From assembly GCA_963619335.1 (NCBI GenBank), contig CAVEVP010000002.1, forward strand, positions 30,003-94,002: 64,000 bases of DNA. The letters are read 5' to 3'. The notes below the pieces were generated by a model. It searched no databases. It worked only from the letters and a program-made list of their open reading frames with translations, and was not told where the DNA came from. The position numbers and the translations under genes are program-made. Shown in pieces: positions 50,217-59,604 of the stretch; positions within the stretch are counted from its first letter, which is position 1, and the number at the start of each line of letters is the position of its first letter. The DNA comes from Clostridiales bacterium. Lineage in GTDB: Bacteria > Patescibacteriota > Saccharimonadia > Saccharimonadales > Saccharimonadaceae.

Positions 50217-52946
50217 ATGGCGAAAAAAGAGAAAAAACCAACTGATAAGTTGGCTGACCGAACAGCGTTAACGAAATTTTTACAGGGGGTGTTTGGTGAT
50301 GCGCAGAAAAAGATTTTGCGACGATTGTGGAAGCGGGCACAAGAAATCAATAAGTTAGAGCCGAAATATGCAAAAATGAGCGACGAGAAGTTGAAAGAGC
50401 AGTCGGATGTTTTTCGTGGAAAAATCCAAAAAGCGCTGAAAGTTGCTACGGCTGAGGAGGGGATAAATAAAACTGGAAAAAAGCGCCCGCCAGTGGATGA
50501 TAAAAAGATTTTGGACGAGATTTTGCCGGAAGTGTTTGCGGTGGCGCGGGAAGCGGCGAAGCGGGTGTCGGGGCTGCGTCCGTATGATGTGCAGTTGATC
50601 GGGGGGATGGTGTTAAACGATGGGGCTGTGGCGGAGATGAAGACCGGCGAGGGCAAGACTCTAGTCGCAATGTTGCCGGCGTATCTGAACGGGCTGACTG
50701 GGCGCGGGGTGCATGTGGTGACGGTGAACGATTATTTGGCACAACGGGACGCGGGCTGGAACGGGCCGATTTACGATTTTCTCGGGCTGTCGGTCGGGGT
50801 AATCGTAAATAATGCGTCGTATATTTATGATGCGGAATACGAGAACGAGGAACATGTCGACGAGCGGTTTTTGCACCTTAAACCCTGCACGCGAAAAGAG
50901 GCGTATGCGGCGGATATTACGTATGGAACGAATAATGAGTTCGGGTTTGATTATTTGCGAGATAATATGACTAGCGAAGTGCAATATCTGCGCCAACGGG
51001 AGCTGAATTTTGCGATTGTGGACGAGGTGGATTCGATTTTGATCGACGAGGCGCGGACGCCGCTCATTATTAGTGCACCGGCGGGGGATAATCCGGAAAG
51101 CTATTACCAATTTGCGAAGGTGGCGGCGAGATTGACGCCGGAAGATTATGTGTTTGACGAAAAACGGCGGTCGGTAACCTTGACGGACGCTGGAATTGAT
51201 AAAGTGCAGAAGATTTTAGGGGTGGATAACCTGTATTCGACTAAGAATACGCGCCTAGTGTATCATCTCGAACAGGCCATTCGGGCGGAAGTGGTGTTTA
51301 AACGTGATAAAGATTATGTGGTGACGAATTCAGGCGAAGTGATTATTGTGGACGAACATACGGGGCGGTTGATGCAGGGGCGACGCTATAACGAAGGTCT
51401 TCATCAGGCGATCGAGGCGAAAGAAGGGGTGGCGGTAAAGCAGGAATCGATGACACTTGCGACGATTTCGTTCCAGAACTTTTTCCGGTTGTATAAGAAA
51501 CTGTCGGGGATGACGGGGACGGCGTTTACGGAGGCGGAGGAGTTTCAACAGATTTACGCGCTTGATGTAATTCAAATTCCGCCGAATAAACCGATTCAGC
51601 GGGTCGATAAGGATGATTTGATTTATAAGACTAAGGCGGGGAAGCTAAAAGCGATTGCCGAGGAAGTAAAAAAATATCACGAAAAGGGCCAGCCAGTGTT
51701 GGTTGGGTCGGGTTCGATTGCAAATAACGAGGAAATTGCGCGGTATTTGGAGCAATTTGGCTTGCCGTACGAGATTTTGAACGCGAAGAACAACGAACGC
51801 GAGGCGGCGATTATTGCCAAAGCTGGCGAAAAAGGCGCAATTACGCTGGCGACCAACATGGCGGGGCGGGGGACGGATATTAAGCTCGGCGAGGGGGTGC
51901 GAGAGTTGGGTGGCTTAGTGGTGATTGGCTCGGAACGGCACGATTCGCGGCGAGTGGATAATCAGTTGCGGGGGCGGGGTGGTCGGCAGGGCGACCCTGG
52001 GACGACACAATTCTTCGTTTCTTGCGAGGACGATTTGATGCGGATTTTCCAAGGCGACCGGGTGAAGATGCTGATGACGAGATTGGGGGTGGATGAGGAT
52101 ACACCGATTCAGACCAAGGCGATCTCGCGGACACTCGAGGCAGCGCAAAAGCGGATTGAGGGCTTTAACTTTGATTCGCGCAAGAACGTGGTGCAATATG
52201 ATAACGTGATTAACCGGCACCGCAAGGTTGTCTATGCAATTCGGCGAAAGATTTTGAAGGGCGAGAATATCCAGTCGGAAATTCAGAGGCTGATGCGCGA
52301 AGAAGTGAAAATGCTGACAGAATTTTCGTCGCGAGTGAATAAGAATTTTGACACGGACTTTAAGGCAGTGTTTAATTTCGACGACGATTTAATTCACGGC
52401 ATTGGGATCATGCGCAAGGAAAAAGACCGCGAAAAGACAGCATTCGAGGCAGTGAAAGAAGCGTACGAAGAACAGGAAGAGAAATTTGGCGCGGAAATTA
52501 TGCGTAAAATTGAGCGCGAAGTGTATCTTAAGGTTTTGGATACGTTATGGATGCAGCATTTGGAGAATATGCAGCACCTGCGCGAGGGAATTCACTGGCG
52601 ATCGGTGGGGCAACGCGACCCGCTAGTGGAATATCGGAGTGAATCGCAGAAGCTGTTTGATGGCCTGCAACGGAATTTGAGGGAGGAAGTGCTGAGAATT
52701 TTGCTTGCGATTACACCGGCGGAAGCGGCGGAAGACAACGTCACGGACGGCGAGGAATATGAATCGGAGCTGACTAAGATGGCGGAGAGTCAGACCGAAA
52801 AGGGCGTGAATGAGATTTCGAAGGGAGAGAAGAACCTGGACGACGAATTTAAAGAGGTAAAGCCGAGTAAAAAGACTGCGCCGACGAAAAAAGCGACCAA
52901 GAAAAAAGCTTCGAAACGGAAGAAATCAAAATCGAAGCGGAAATAA
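50217..52946 (+). CDS. secA: Preprotein translocase ATPase SecA
   Basis: EMKTGEGKT, DEVDSILIDEARTPLIIS, ATNMAGRGTDI, QLRGRGGRQGDPG; Lys-rich tail with no SEC-C motif. Confidence 0.97.
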   Translation: MAKKEKKPTDKLADRTALTKFLQGVFGDAQKKILRRLWKRAQEINKLEPKYAKMSDEKLKEQSDVFRGKIQKALKVATAEEGINKTGKKRPPVDDKKILDEILPEVFAVAREAAKRVSGLRPYDVQLIGGMVLNDGAVAEMKTGEGKTLVAMLPAYLNGLTGRGVHVVTVNDYLAQRDAGWNGPIYDFLGLSVGVIVNNASYIYDAEYENEEHVDERFLHLKPCTRKEAYAADITYGTNNEFGFDYLRDNMTSEVQYLRQRELNFAIVDEVDSILIDEARTPLIISAPAGDNPESYYQFAKVAARLTPEDYVFDEKRRSVTLTDAGIDKVQKILGVDNLYSTKNTRLVYHLEQAIRAEVVFKRDKDYVVTNSGEVIIVDEHTGRLMQGRRYNEGLHQAIEAKEGVAVKQESMTLATISFQNFFRLYKKLSGMTGTAFTEAEEFQQIYALDVIQIPPNKPIQRVDKDDLIYKTKAGKLKAIAEEVKKYHEKGQPVLVGSGSIANNEEIARYLEQFGLPYEILNAKNNEREAAIIAKAGEKGAITLATNMAGRGTDIKLGEGVRELGGLVVIGSERHDSRRVDNQLRGRGGRQGDPGTTQFFVSCEDDLMRIFQGDRVKMLMTRLGVDEDTPIQTKAISRTLEAAQKRIEGFNFDSRKNVVQYDNVINRHRKVVYAIRRKILKGENIQSEIQRLMREEVKMLTEFSSRVNKNFDTDFKAVFNFDDDLIHGIGIMRKEKDREKTAFEAVKEAYEEQEEKFGAEIMRKIEREVYLKVLDTLWMQHLENMQHLREGIHWRSVGQRDPLVEYRSESQKLFDGLQRNLREEVLRILLAITPAEAAEDNVTDGEEYESELTKMAESQTEKGVNEISKGEKNLDDEFKEVKPSKKTAPTKKATKKKASKRKKSKSKRK

Positions 52947-53016
52947 TCCGATAATTCTATTATAGCACAAGCGTGATGAATTGTCAAGTGCGGGAGAAGT
53001 AAAAGATTAGAAAGAG

Positions 53017-54288
53017 ATGAAACATTCAGTTGAAGAGGTAAAGTTGAAGAATGGGGCGCAGGGGCTTTTAATTGATATTCCCGGTTCGAGCGTGATGGCG
53101 ACGAGATTTCAATTTCGGGCGGGGATGTTGTATGCGAAAAATAAGGAAGTTTATGAAATTCCGCATATTGTTGAACATCTTGCGTTTGGGGCGAACGCGA
53201 AGTTTAAGGACGAGCAGGCGTTTGAGGCAGAATTTACCAAAAATGGTGCGTATCATAATGCTTGGACGAGCGATATTTCGGTGTGCTATGAGACGGAGTG
53301 CGCGGATTTTGAGTGGGAACGGATTATGGAACTGCAACAGGTTTCGATTGCAGAGCCGAAATTTAACGAAGAAGAGTTGAAGGCGGAGAAAGCTAATGTG
53401 CGGTCGGAGCTCACGGGGTATATGAATGATTATTATCGACTGCTGTGGCCGCGGGTGCAACAGGCGGTGGGGGAAGATATTTTAGACTTGCCGGAGCGGT
53501 TAAAAACGATCCCGAACATTGAGTTAAAGGATATTCGGGAGCATTATCGGCGAACCCACACGGCGAAAAATATGCGGTTTATTATTGCGGGGAAAATTCA
53601 CGGGCGGCGGCGGCAGATTTTGCGGATGCTAGAAAATTGGGAGCTTAAAGAGGGACAAGAGTTTGAGATTCCGCTGACAGATTTACACGCGTCGGAGGCG
53701 GTGTCGATTCGGCGAAAGGATGCGTCGAACATCACGTTCGGGTTTTCGCTGGTAACGCCGCGATATTTGGAGCCGAGCGAAGTGTTTGCAATGAATTGTT
53801 TGAACCATATTTTGAACGGGACGACTAATTCCAAGATTTTTGGCGCGGCTAGGAAGCGGGGGCTGGTATATGGGATGGGGTCGTCGGTGGCGTCGAATGC
53901 GACGAATTCGTATTGGGACTTTGACGGGGAGGTGAATGTTGAAAATGCAGAGGCGCTGTTTGAGTTAATCCAGACGGAGTTGATGCGGGCGCTGAACGGA
54001 GATATTTTAGAGATGGATTTTTTGGCGGCGAAGTCGTACGCGCTGGGGCGGTTCCAGATGGGGGCGCAAACGCCGTCGCAGATTGCAGATTATTATGCGG
54101 ATGGTTTTTTTACCAATGGGTCGGTGCAAAAGTACGACGATATTCCGGAGCTGATTAAGGCGATCGATAAGGCAAAAATGGTGGAGCTGGCGCGGGAGTT
54201 TGCGGGGACGGGAATTCGGGGGTTTGCGGCAGTGTCGAGCGTGGAAAAGGCAGTGATTTCGGATTTGGAACAGAGGCTGAATTTTTAG
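53017..54288 (+). CDS. M16 family zinc peptidase
   Basis: Inverted zinc motif HIVEH, NAWTS, R.RGLVY. Confidence 0.88.
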   Translation: MKHSVEEVKLKNGAQGLLIDIPGSSVMATRFQFRAGMLYAKNKEVYEIPHIVEHLAFGANAKFKDEQAFEAEFTKNGAYHNAWTSDISVCYETECADFEWERIMELQQVSIAEPKFNEEELKAEKANVRSELTGYMNDYYRLLWPRVQQAVGEDILDLPERLKTIPNIELKDIREHYRRTHTAKNMRFIIAGKIHGRRRQILRMLENWELKEGQEFEIPLTDLHASEAVSIRRKDASNITFGFSLVTPRYLEPSEVFAMNCLNHILNGTTNSKIFGAARKRGLVYGMGSSVASNATNSYWDFDGEVNVENAEALFELIQTELMRALNGDILEMDFLAAKSYALGRFQMGAQTPSQIADYYADGFFTNGSVQKYDDIPELIKAIDKAKMVELAREFAGTGIRGFAAVSSVEKAVISDLEQRLNF

Positions 54289-55595
54289 AGATTTTTGACT
54301 AGGGCTTGGTACTGGGCGCCACGGTCGTAGACGTTTTGAAACATATCAAACGAGGCGGCAGCAGGAGACATGAGAATGACGGCGCGAGGGGAGGTTGCTG
54401 GGGTAGCAGCACTGGCGGCGGCAGAGTTGGCTGGGTCGTTAGCGCCAGTGGCGTCGGCAATTTCGGGCGCGCTGTCTTCGGCAAGGGTTTTTGCGGTCTG
54501 GACGGCTTCCTCGAGAGAGTGGGCAGGGGTAAAACGCGGGTCGTCGGGGTATTTTTCGAAAAGCGCCCGACCGGATTCGCCAATTAGGACGATATGTCTA
54601 ATTTGCGGGGCGCGGAGAATTTCGTAGAGCTCCGGCAAGTCGGCATTTGCGGTTTTGTCGCGACCGCCGATAATAACCGTAAGGTAGTCATTTTTGAAGG
54701 CATTCACGGCGACGCGGGTTGAGGAGGTGCCGGTTGAGAAATTGTCATCGTAGTAGGCGACGCCGTCGAGTTCGCGGAGAAATTCGAGGCGGTGAGGCAG
54801 GCCTTTAAAATTCGCTAAGCCGGCAATAATTTCGGATTTGTTTACGCTTAAATATTCATCTGGTGATATATTTTTATAACAGGCCACGGCGGCGATGGCG
54901 GCCAAGGCATTTTCAAAATTGTGCTGGCCGGGGAGCTTGACGGCGGTTTTAACTTCGGTCGGGACGGGGAAAGGATAGGCGATTTTTCGGGCCTTAGAGG
55001 TTTCGGCGATTTTTACCGTTTCGGGGTTGTTTTGATAATAAACCAGAAAATCGTTCGGGGTTTGGTGGGTGGTGATATGAGCCTTGGCGGCGAGATAATC
55101 GGCGTAATCCTTGTGAACGTTTAAGTGGTCGGGCTCGATTTGACCGATGACGGCGATGTGGGGAGATTTTTCGAGATCCCAGAGCTGGAAACTGGACATT
55201 TCATAGACGACAACAGAGGTGGGTTTTAAATTATCGAGCACTTCGATCGCCGGCGTGCCGATGTTGCCGACAAGGTAAGCGTCTTCGCCGGCGGCGTCGA
55301 GCAGGGCCTTAATGAACGAGCAAGTCGTGCCTTTGCCTTTAGTCGCGGTGACGCCGATAATCGGGCAGGGGCAGTGGTCGAAAAAGTAGCGGGTTAAGGT
55401 CGTTTCGTTCGGTAATTTCAGGGGTGGGATGGAAGGGCTGCGGAAAATTATATCATAGGATGAATAATCTTTGGCGGCGAATTCGGCCGGAGTGAGGTTC
55501 TCGAAAACGTCAAATTCGGCCGCTGCGAACTTATCCCTGAAGTATTTTTCGGCCGCTCGGCCTTCTTTGCCATGGCCTAGTAGTGCGATTCTCAT
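54285..55595 (-). CDS. murD: UDP-N-acetylmuramoyl-L-alanine--D-glutamate ligase
   Basis: TATKGKGTT, GNIG, EMSSFQL, PDHL, PHRLE, SPAAASFD.F..RG. Confidence 0.94.
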   Translation of the reverse strand: MRIALLGHGKEGRAAEKYFRDKFAAAEFDVFENLTPAEFAAKDYSSYDIIFRSPSIPPLKLPNETTLTRYFFDHCPCPIIGVTATKGKGTTCSFIKALLDAAGEDAYLVGNIGTPAIEVLDNLKPTSVVVYEMSSFQLWDLEKSPHIAVIGQIEPDHLNVHKDYADYLAAKAHITTHQTPNDFLVYYQNNPETVKIAETSKARKIAYPFPVPTEVKTAVKLPGQHNFENALAAIAAVACYKNISPDEYLSVNKSEIIAGLANFKGLPHRLEFLRELDGVAYYDDNFSTGTSSTRVAVNAFKNDYLTVIIGGRDKTANADLPELYEILRAPQIRHIVLIGESGRALFEKYPDDPRFTPAHSLEEAVQTAKTLAEDSAPEIADATGANDPANSAAASAATPATSPRAVILMSPAAASFDMFQNVYDRGAQYQALVKNL

Positions 55596-55615
55596 AAAAT
55601 AATTATAGCACAAAA

Positions 55616-55695
55616 AGCGCGAGACCTGTTTTCTTCGGACACGCTCAAGGGCGCTCGCCCAAGCTTACGGTCCGAAGAAAACAGGTCTTCGCGCT
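55616..55695. repeat. Family A palindromic element, copy A4
   Basis: AGCGCGAGACCTGTTTTCT-TCGGACACGCTCAAGGGCGCTCGCCCAAGCTTACGGTCCGA-AGAAAACAGGTCTTCGCGCT. Confidence 0.9.
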
Positions 55696-55716
55696 CTATA
55701 ATATCATGAGCTCGGC

Positions 55717-55848
55717 GCGCGTGAACTTATCTCTTTCGGACACGCTCAAGGCCGCTCGGCCAAGCTTATGGTCCTCAAGAGATAAGTTCACGCGCCTTAG
55801 CCAAGCTTACGGTCCTCAAGGAATAAGTTCACGCGTCTTAGTCAAGCT
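55717..55848. repeat. Family A palindromic element, copy A5, plus tandem partial duplication of its 3' half
   Basis: GCGCGTGAACTTATCTCTT-core-AAGAGATAAGTTCACGCGC, then GCCAAGCTTACGGTCCTCAAGGAATAAGTTCACGCG. Confidence 0.9.
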
Positions 55849-55855
55849 CGTGCTT

Positions 55856-56884
55856 TTAAGCAATAAGTTCGCGCGCTTCGGAAACCGAATGGGTTTCCAT
55901 GAGTTTGGCACGCAGGTCTTTCGCGCCCGGGAAGTTATTGATATAAATCTTGAAAAAATGCTTGAGAGATTCGTAAGGAATATGAGAATGGACGCTCGAG
56001 GAGCATTTGCGACAACGGGAGCAATCTTCGAAGCGAGCCCTGTAACGACAGGCGCGAGCGAGAAGGCACTGAGAAGGTTCGTTTGCATACTTCTCGAAGA
56101 GATCAAGATGCAGTTTCAAAAGCTCCATCAGCTCTTCGCGAGTCGGTTCGTGGTCGGTGAAGCAGAAGGGGTTTTCGAAGACGCCGCGGCCGATCATGAA
56201 ACCGTCGACTTCGGGGTGCGACGCGTGAAGCGCGAGCGCGTGGGCGCGGTTTTTGATGTCGCCGTTGATGATGAGCTTGGTTTCAGGGGAAATTTCGGCG
56301 CGCAACTTGACAATTTCGGGAATTAGTTCGTAGTGGGCGGGAACTTTGGACATTTCTTTTTTGGTGCGGAGATGGATGGTGAGGGCGGCGGGATGTTCGC
56401 GCAGCAAAAACGAGAGCCAATCGCGGTATTCTTCGGGAGAAGTCCAGCCAAGCCGAGTTTTGACCGAAACTGGCAACTTAGTCGCCGCGCGGGCATTTTT
56501 TAGACATTCGCGCGCAAGTTCGGGAGTTTTAATCATCGCCGCGCCGCCGCCGGCTTTATTGACGTGCTTATCGGGGCAGCCAAAATTCAGATCCACCCCG
56601 GCAAAACCGAGCGAAGCGAGCGCGGCGGCAAACTCCGAAAAGTGGGCGGGGTTTTTACCCCAAATCTGCGCAATAATCGGGGTGTCGGAAGGGGCGACCG
56701 CGACCCGTTCGAGGGCGTTGGCGCGGCCTTTTTCCGAGGCGTAGCTCGAAACATTGGTAAATTCGGTGAAAAAGAGGTCGGGGCGGCCGGCATGAGCGAT
56801 CACCTGACGAAAAATGATGTCGGTGACGCCCTCCATGGGTGCGAGGATTAAAAATGGTGTTTCGAGTTCGTCCCAAATGTTCAT
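55856..56884 (-). CDS. dus: tRNA-dihydrouridine synthase with an in-frame insertion near the C-terminus
   Basis: LAPMEGVTD, DLNFGCP, SVKTRLG, IHLRT, INGDI, MIGRG. Confidence 0.92.
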   Translation of the reverse strand: MNIWDELETPFLILAPMEGVTDIIFRQVIAHAGRPDLFFTEFTNVSSYASEKGRANALERVAVAPSDTPIIAQIWGKNPAHFSEFAAALASLGFAGVDLNFGCPDKHVNKAGGGAAMIKTPELARECLKNARAATKLPVSVKTRLGWTSPEEYRDWLSFLLREHPAALTIHLRTKKEMSKVPAHYELIPEIVKLRAEISPETKLIINGDIKNRAHALALHASHPEVDGFMIGRGVFENPFCFTDHEPTREELMELLKLHLDLFEKYANEPSQCLLARACRYRARFEDCSRCRKCSSSVHSHIPYESLKHFFKIYINNFPGAKDLRAKLMETHSVSEARELIA

Positions 56885-57046
56885 TTGTATATAATAACAT
56901 TTTTGCGAGAAAAAGGGAAATTTTGCGACGGGAGGGCCGGCAAGGAATAAAATCGGGGCTGGTTTCGTGGCGTGGGGGGGGTGCAGTCTTGCGACTTTGA
57001 TCGGCAAGGGACAAAATCTGGACCGGTTTCGTGGTATAATGGGGAT

Positions 57047-58117
57047 ATGCAGGAATTAGAGAAGAGGTTGGCGGGGCTTAAAGTTGAGTTTGGTGATTTG
57101 TATGCGAAAATGGGGATAAGTGAGAAGGCGGCGCGGGCGGCGGAGCTAGAAACAGAGGTGGCGGAGCCGGAAATTTGGAAAGATGTAAAAAAAGCGACGG
57201 AGAAAAATCAGGAACTGGCGAAACTTTCGAGTGAAATTCAGCCGTGGGAGCTGTTAAAAACCCAGATTGAGGATTTGACTGAGATGCTGGAAATTGCGGA
57301 TGCGGAGCTAAAGCCGGAGCTTGAGGGGCAGATTTCGGCGATGGAGAATGATTTTTCGGAGCTCAAAAAAACGCTTAGGTTTCGGGGCGAATATGACGGA
57401 GAAGATGCGATTTTGCGAATTACGGCGGGCGCGGGCGGAACTGAGGCGATGGACTGGGCGGGAATGCTCGAGCGGATGTATCTTAGGTTTTGCGAGCGCA
57501 AAGGGTTTAAAATGGCTTTGATCGAGCGGACGACGGGGGAAGAGGCGGGGATTAAGACCGCGGTGTATGAGATTTCAGGGGTGAATGCTTACGGGTGGCT
57601 GAAATCGGAGCACGGGGTTCATCGGTTGGTGCGGTTGTCGCCGTTTAATGCGAATAACTTGCGCCAGACATCGTTTGCGCTGGTGGAGGTGCTGCCGAAA
57701 ATTACCGCGGAAACAGGGGTGGAGATTGATGAAAAGGATTTACGGGTGGATGTTTATCGGTCTGGCGGGCATGGCGGCCAAGGGGTGAATACGACCGATT
57801 CGGCGGTGAGGATTACGCATTTGCCGACGAATACGGTGGTGGCGATTCAAAATGAGCGCAGCCAGATTCAAAATCGCGAGAAGGCGATGGAGATTTTACG
57901 GGGGAAATTGGTACAGATGCAACTTGAGCAACACGCGGCGTCTTTAAACGAGCTAAGGGCGGGCGAGTCGGCGGGCTGGGGGCAACAGATACGGAATTAT
58001 GTGTTACAGCCGTATAAATTGGTCAAAGATACGCGAACGGGGTATGAGGAGACCGATCCGGAGGCGGTGTTAGACGGGAAAATCGAGGGGTTTATTGACA
58101 AATTCTTAGGGATGTGA
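57047..58117 (+). CDS. prfB: Peptide chain release factor 2 (continuous ORF, no programmed frameshift)
   Basis: SPF tripeptide, GGQ motif, DWAGMLERMY, QIRNYVLQPY. Confidence 0.96.
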   Translation: MQELEKRLAGLKVEFGDLYAKMGISEKAARAAELETEVAEPEIWKDVKKATEKNQELAKLSSEIQPWELLKTQIEDLTEMLEIADAELKPELEGQISAMENDFSELKKTLRFRGEYDGEDAILRITAGAGGTEAMDWAGMLERMYLRFCERKGFKMALIERTTGEEAGIKTAVYEISGVNAYGWLKSEHGVHRLVRLSPFNANNLRQTSFALVEVLPKITAETGVEIDEKDLRVDVYRSGGHGGQGVNTTDSAVRITHLPTNTVVAIQNERSQIQNREKAMEILRGKLVQMQLEQHAASLNELRAGESAGWGQQIRNYVLQPYKLVKDTRTGYEETDPEAVLDGKIEGFIDKFLGM

Positions 58118-58123
58118 TATAAT
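58095..58123 (+). promoter_or_regulatory. Sigma70 promoter P1 for the r-protein operon region
   Basis: TTGACA-17-TATAAT overlapping the prfB stop. Confidence 0.7.
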
Positions 58124-58241
58124 GAGGAGATAGGGTTGTTTGGCGAAAACTTGGGGGATTGGGACTTAGGACAATAAAAGTATTTGACGAGAGTTAAAGG
58201 CGGAGCTTGGCGTTTTGAATAAAATTAGGTGATAAAGGGGG

Positions 58242-58270
58242 TTGTCAAGATAAAAAATTCGTGCTATAAT
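58242..58270 (+). promoter_or_regulatory. Sigma70 promoter P2 upstream of rplC
   Basis: TTGTCA-17-TATAAT with extended -10 TG. Confidence 0.75.
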
Positions 58271-58381
58271 GGGCGTATTAGCTAGATGAGAGGCAAGGTT
58301 CTCGGGGTTCTTACACTCTACCGAGGAAACCGGTCTGGTAATCTAGTTTTAAGAGTGTATAAAATAACGGAAAGGAATAGG

Positions 58382-59002
58382 ATGCAAGTCATTCTCGGCA
58401 CCAAAATTGGTATGACTCAGATCATCGGTGAAGATGGCGTTGTTACTCCGGTAACAATCCTCGAAGCTGGCCCTTGTACGGTGACTCAGATTAAAACTGT
58501 CGAAAGCGACGGTTATAACGCGGTACAAGTTGGTTTTGGTCAGGGTCGGAATCTGAGCAAGTCGGTTGCTGGCCACGCGAAAAAGGCCGGCGAAAACAAC
58601 AGTCCTAAGGTCCTGCGCGAATTTCGTCTTGAGACGATTCCGGAGGAAATGAAACTTGGGGATCAAATTACCGTGGAGAGTTTCAAACTCGGTGACAAGG
58701 TCGCGGTAACTGGAACTTCGAAGGGTAAAGGTTTTGCGGGGACCGTAAAACGACATAACTTTATCGAATCGCGCAACACGCACGGGTTCAAGGGGAACAT
58801 TCGGCGGGTTGGGTCGATCGGTTCGATGTATCCGCAAAAAGTCTGGAAAGGCAAGAAAATGCCTGGCCGGATGGGACATGAACAAGTGACGGTGAAGAAT
58901 TTGACCGTGGCGTATGTCGATGCGGAGAAAAATTTGATTGGGTTAAAAGGCGCAGTGCCTGGCCCGAACAAAGGAATTATAAGCGTGGAGGGAAAGGAGT
59001 AA
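58382..59002 (+). CDS. rplC: 50S ribosomal protein L3
   Basis: ILGTKIGMTQ, SKGKGFAG, KMPGRMG, KGAVPG. Confidence 0.97.
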   Translation: MQVILGTKIGMTQIIGEDGVVTPVTILEAGPCTVTQIKTVESDGYNAVQVGFGQGRNLSKSVAGHAKKAGENNSPKVLREFRLETIPEEMKLGDQITVESFKLGDKVAVTGTSKGKGFAGTVKRHNFIESRNTHGFKGNIRRVGSIGSMYPQKVWKGKKMPGRMGHEQVTVKNLTVAYVDAEKNLIGLKGAVPGPNKGIISVEGKE

Positions 59003-59003
59003 T

Positions 59004-59603
59004 ATGGCAACTTTGAATAAAGATGTTTTCGGTCTCTCGGTAGAAAATCACGAATTGGTGAAATTGGCTTATGATTCGTATCTCGCGAATTCGCGATCTT
59101 CGCACGCGAAAACTTTGAAACGGGGCGAAGTGCGCGGGGGCGGCAAGAAACCGTGGAAACAAAAAGGTACCGGTCGGGCGCGGTTTGGTTCGACACGTAA
59201 CCCGATTTGGCGACATGGTGGCGTGGCGTTTGGGCGCACCGGCAACGAAAACTTTACTAAGAAAATTGCGAAAAGTGCGAAACTTTTGGCCGTAAGGCAA
59301 GCTCTGAGCATGAAAAATGCCGAAAAAGCGGTGGTGGTTTTGGACAAGGAAGTAAAATTGACCGGCAAAACCAAAGACGCGGTGAAAGTGTTGAAAGATT
59401 TGAAGCTCGAAGACAAGAACGTGCTTGCGGTGGCGGCGGAGAAAACGCCGGAAGTTTTGCGTTCGACGAATAATTTGCCGAATGTGAAATTAGTGCGCGC
59501 GACTTATCTTAATGTGTTCGATATTATGAACGCGGATGCGATTGTATTTTCGGAAAAGGCCTTGAAGGAAACTGAAAAATGGTTAATCGGAGAGGAGAAG
59601 TAA
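59004..59603 (+). CDS. rplD: 50S ribosomal protein L4
   Basis: GGGKKPWKQKGTGRAR. Confidence 0.97.
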   Translation: MATLNKDVFGLSVENHELVKLAYDSYLANSRSSHAKTLKRGEVRGGGKKPWKQKGTGRARFGSTRNPIWRHGGVAFGRTGNENFTKKIAKSAKLLAVRQALSMKNAEKAVVVLDKEVKLTGKTKDAVKVLKDLKLEDKNVLAVAAEKTPEVLRSTNNLPNVKLVRATYLNVFDIMNADAIVFSEKALKETEKWLIGEEK

Positions 59604-59604
59604 G

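Noticed and set aside
55616..55848. Clustered repeats as a CRISPR array
   Set aside because: No regular repeat-spacer periodicity, the intervening sequences are inverted arms, and there are no cas genes
55706..56326. 206-aa + strand ORF starting in element A5
   Set aside because: Mostly antisense to dus and made of repeat-derived sequence; no recognisable transposase or other motif
57047..57130. Programmed +1 frameshift of prfB
   Set aside because: ORF is continuous from the leaderless ATG; no CTTTGA slip site
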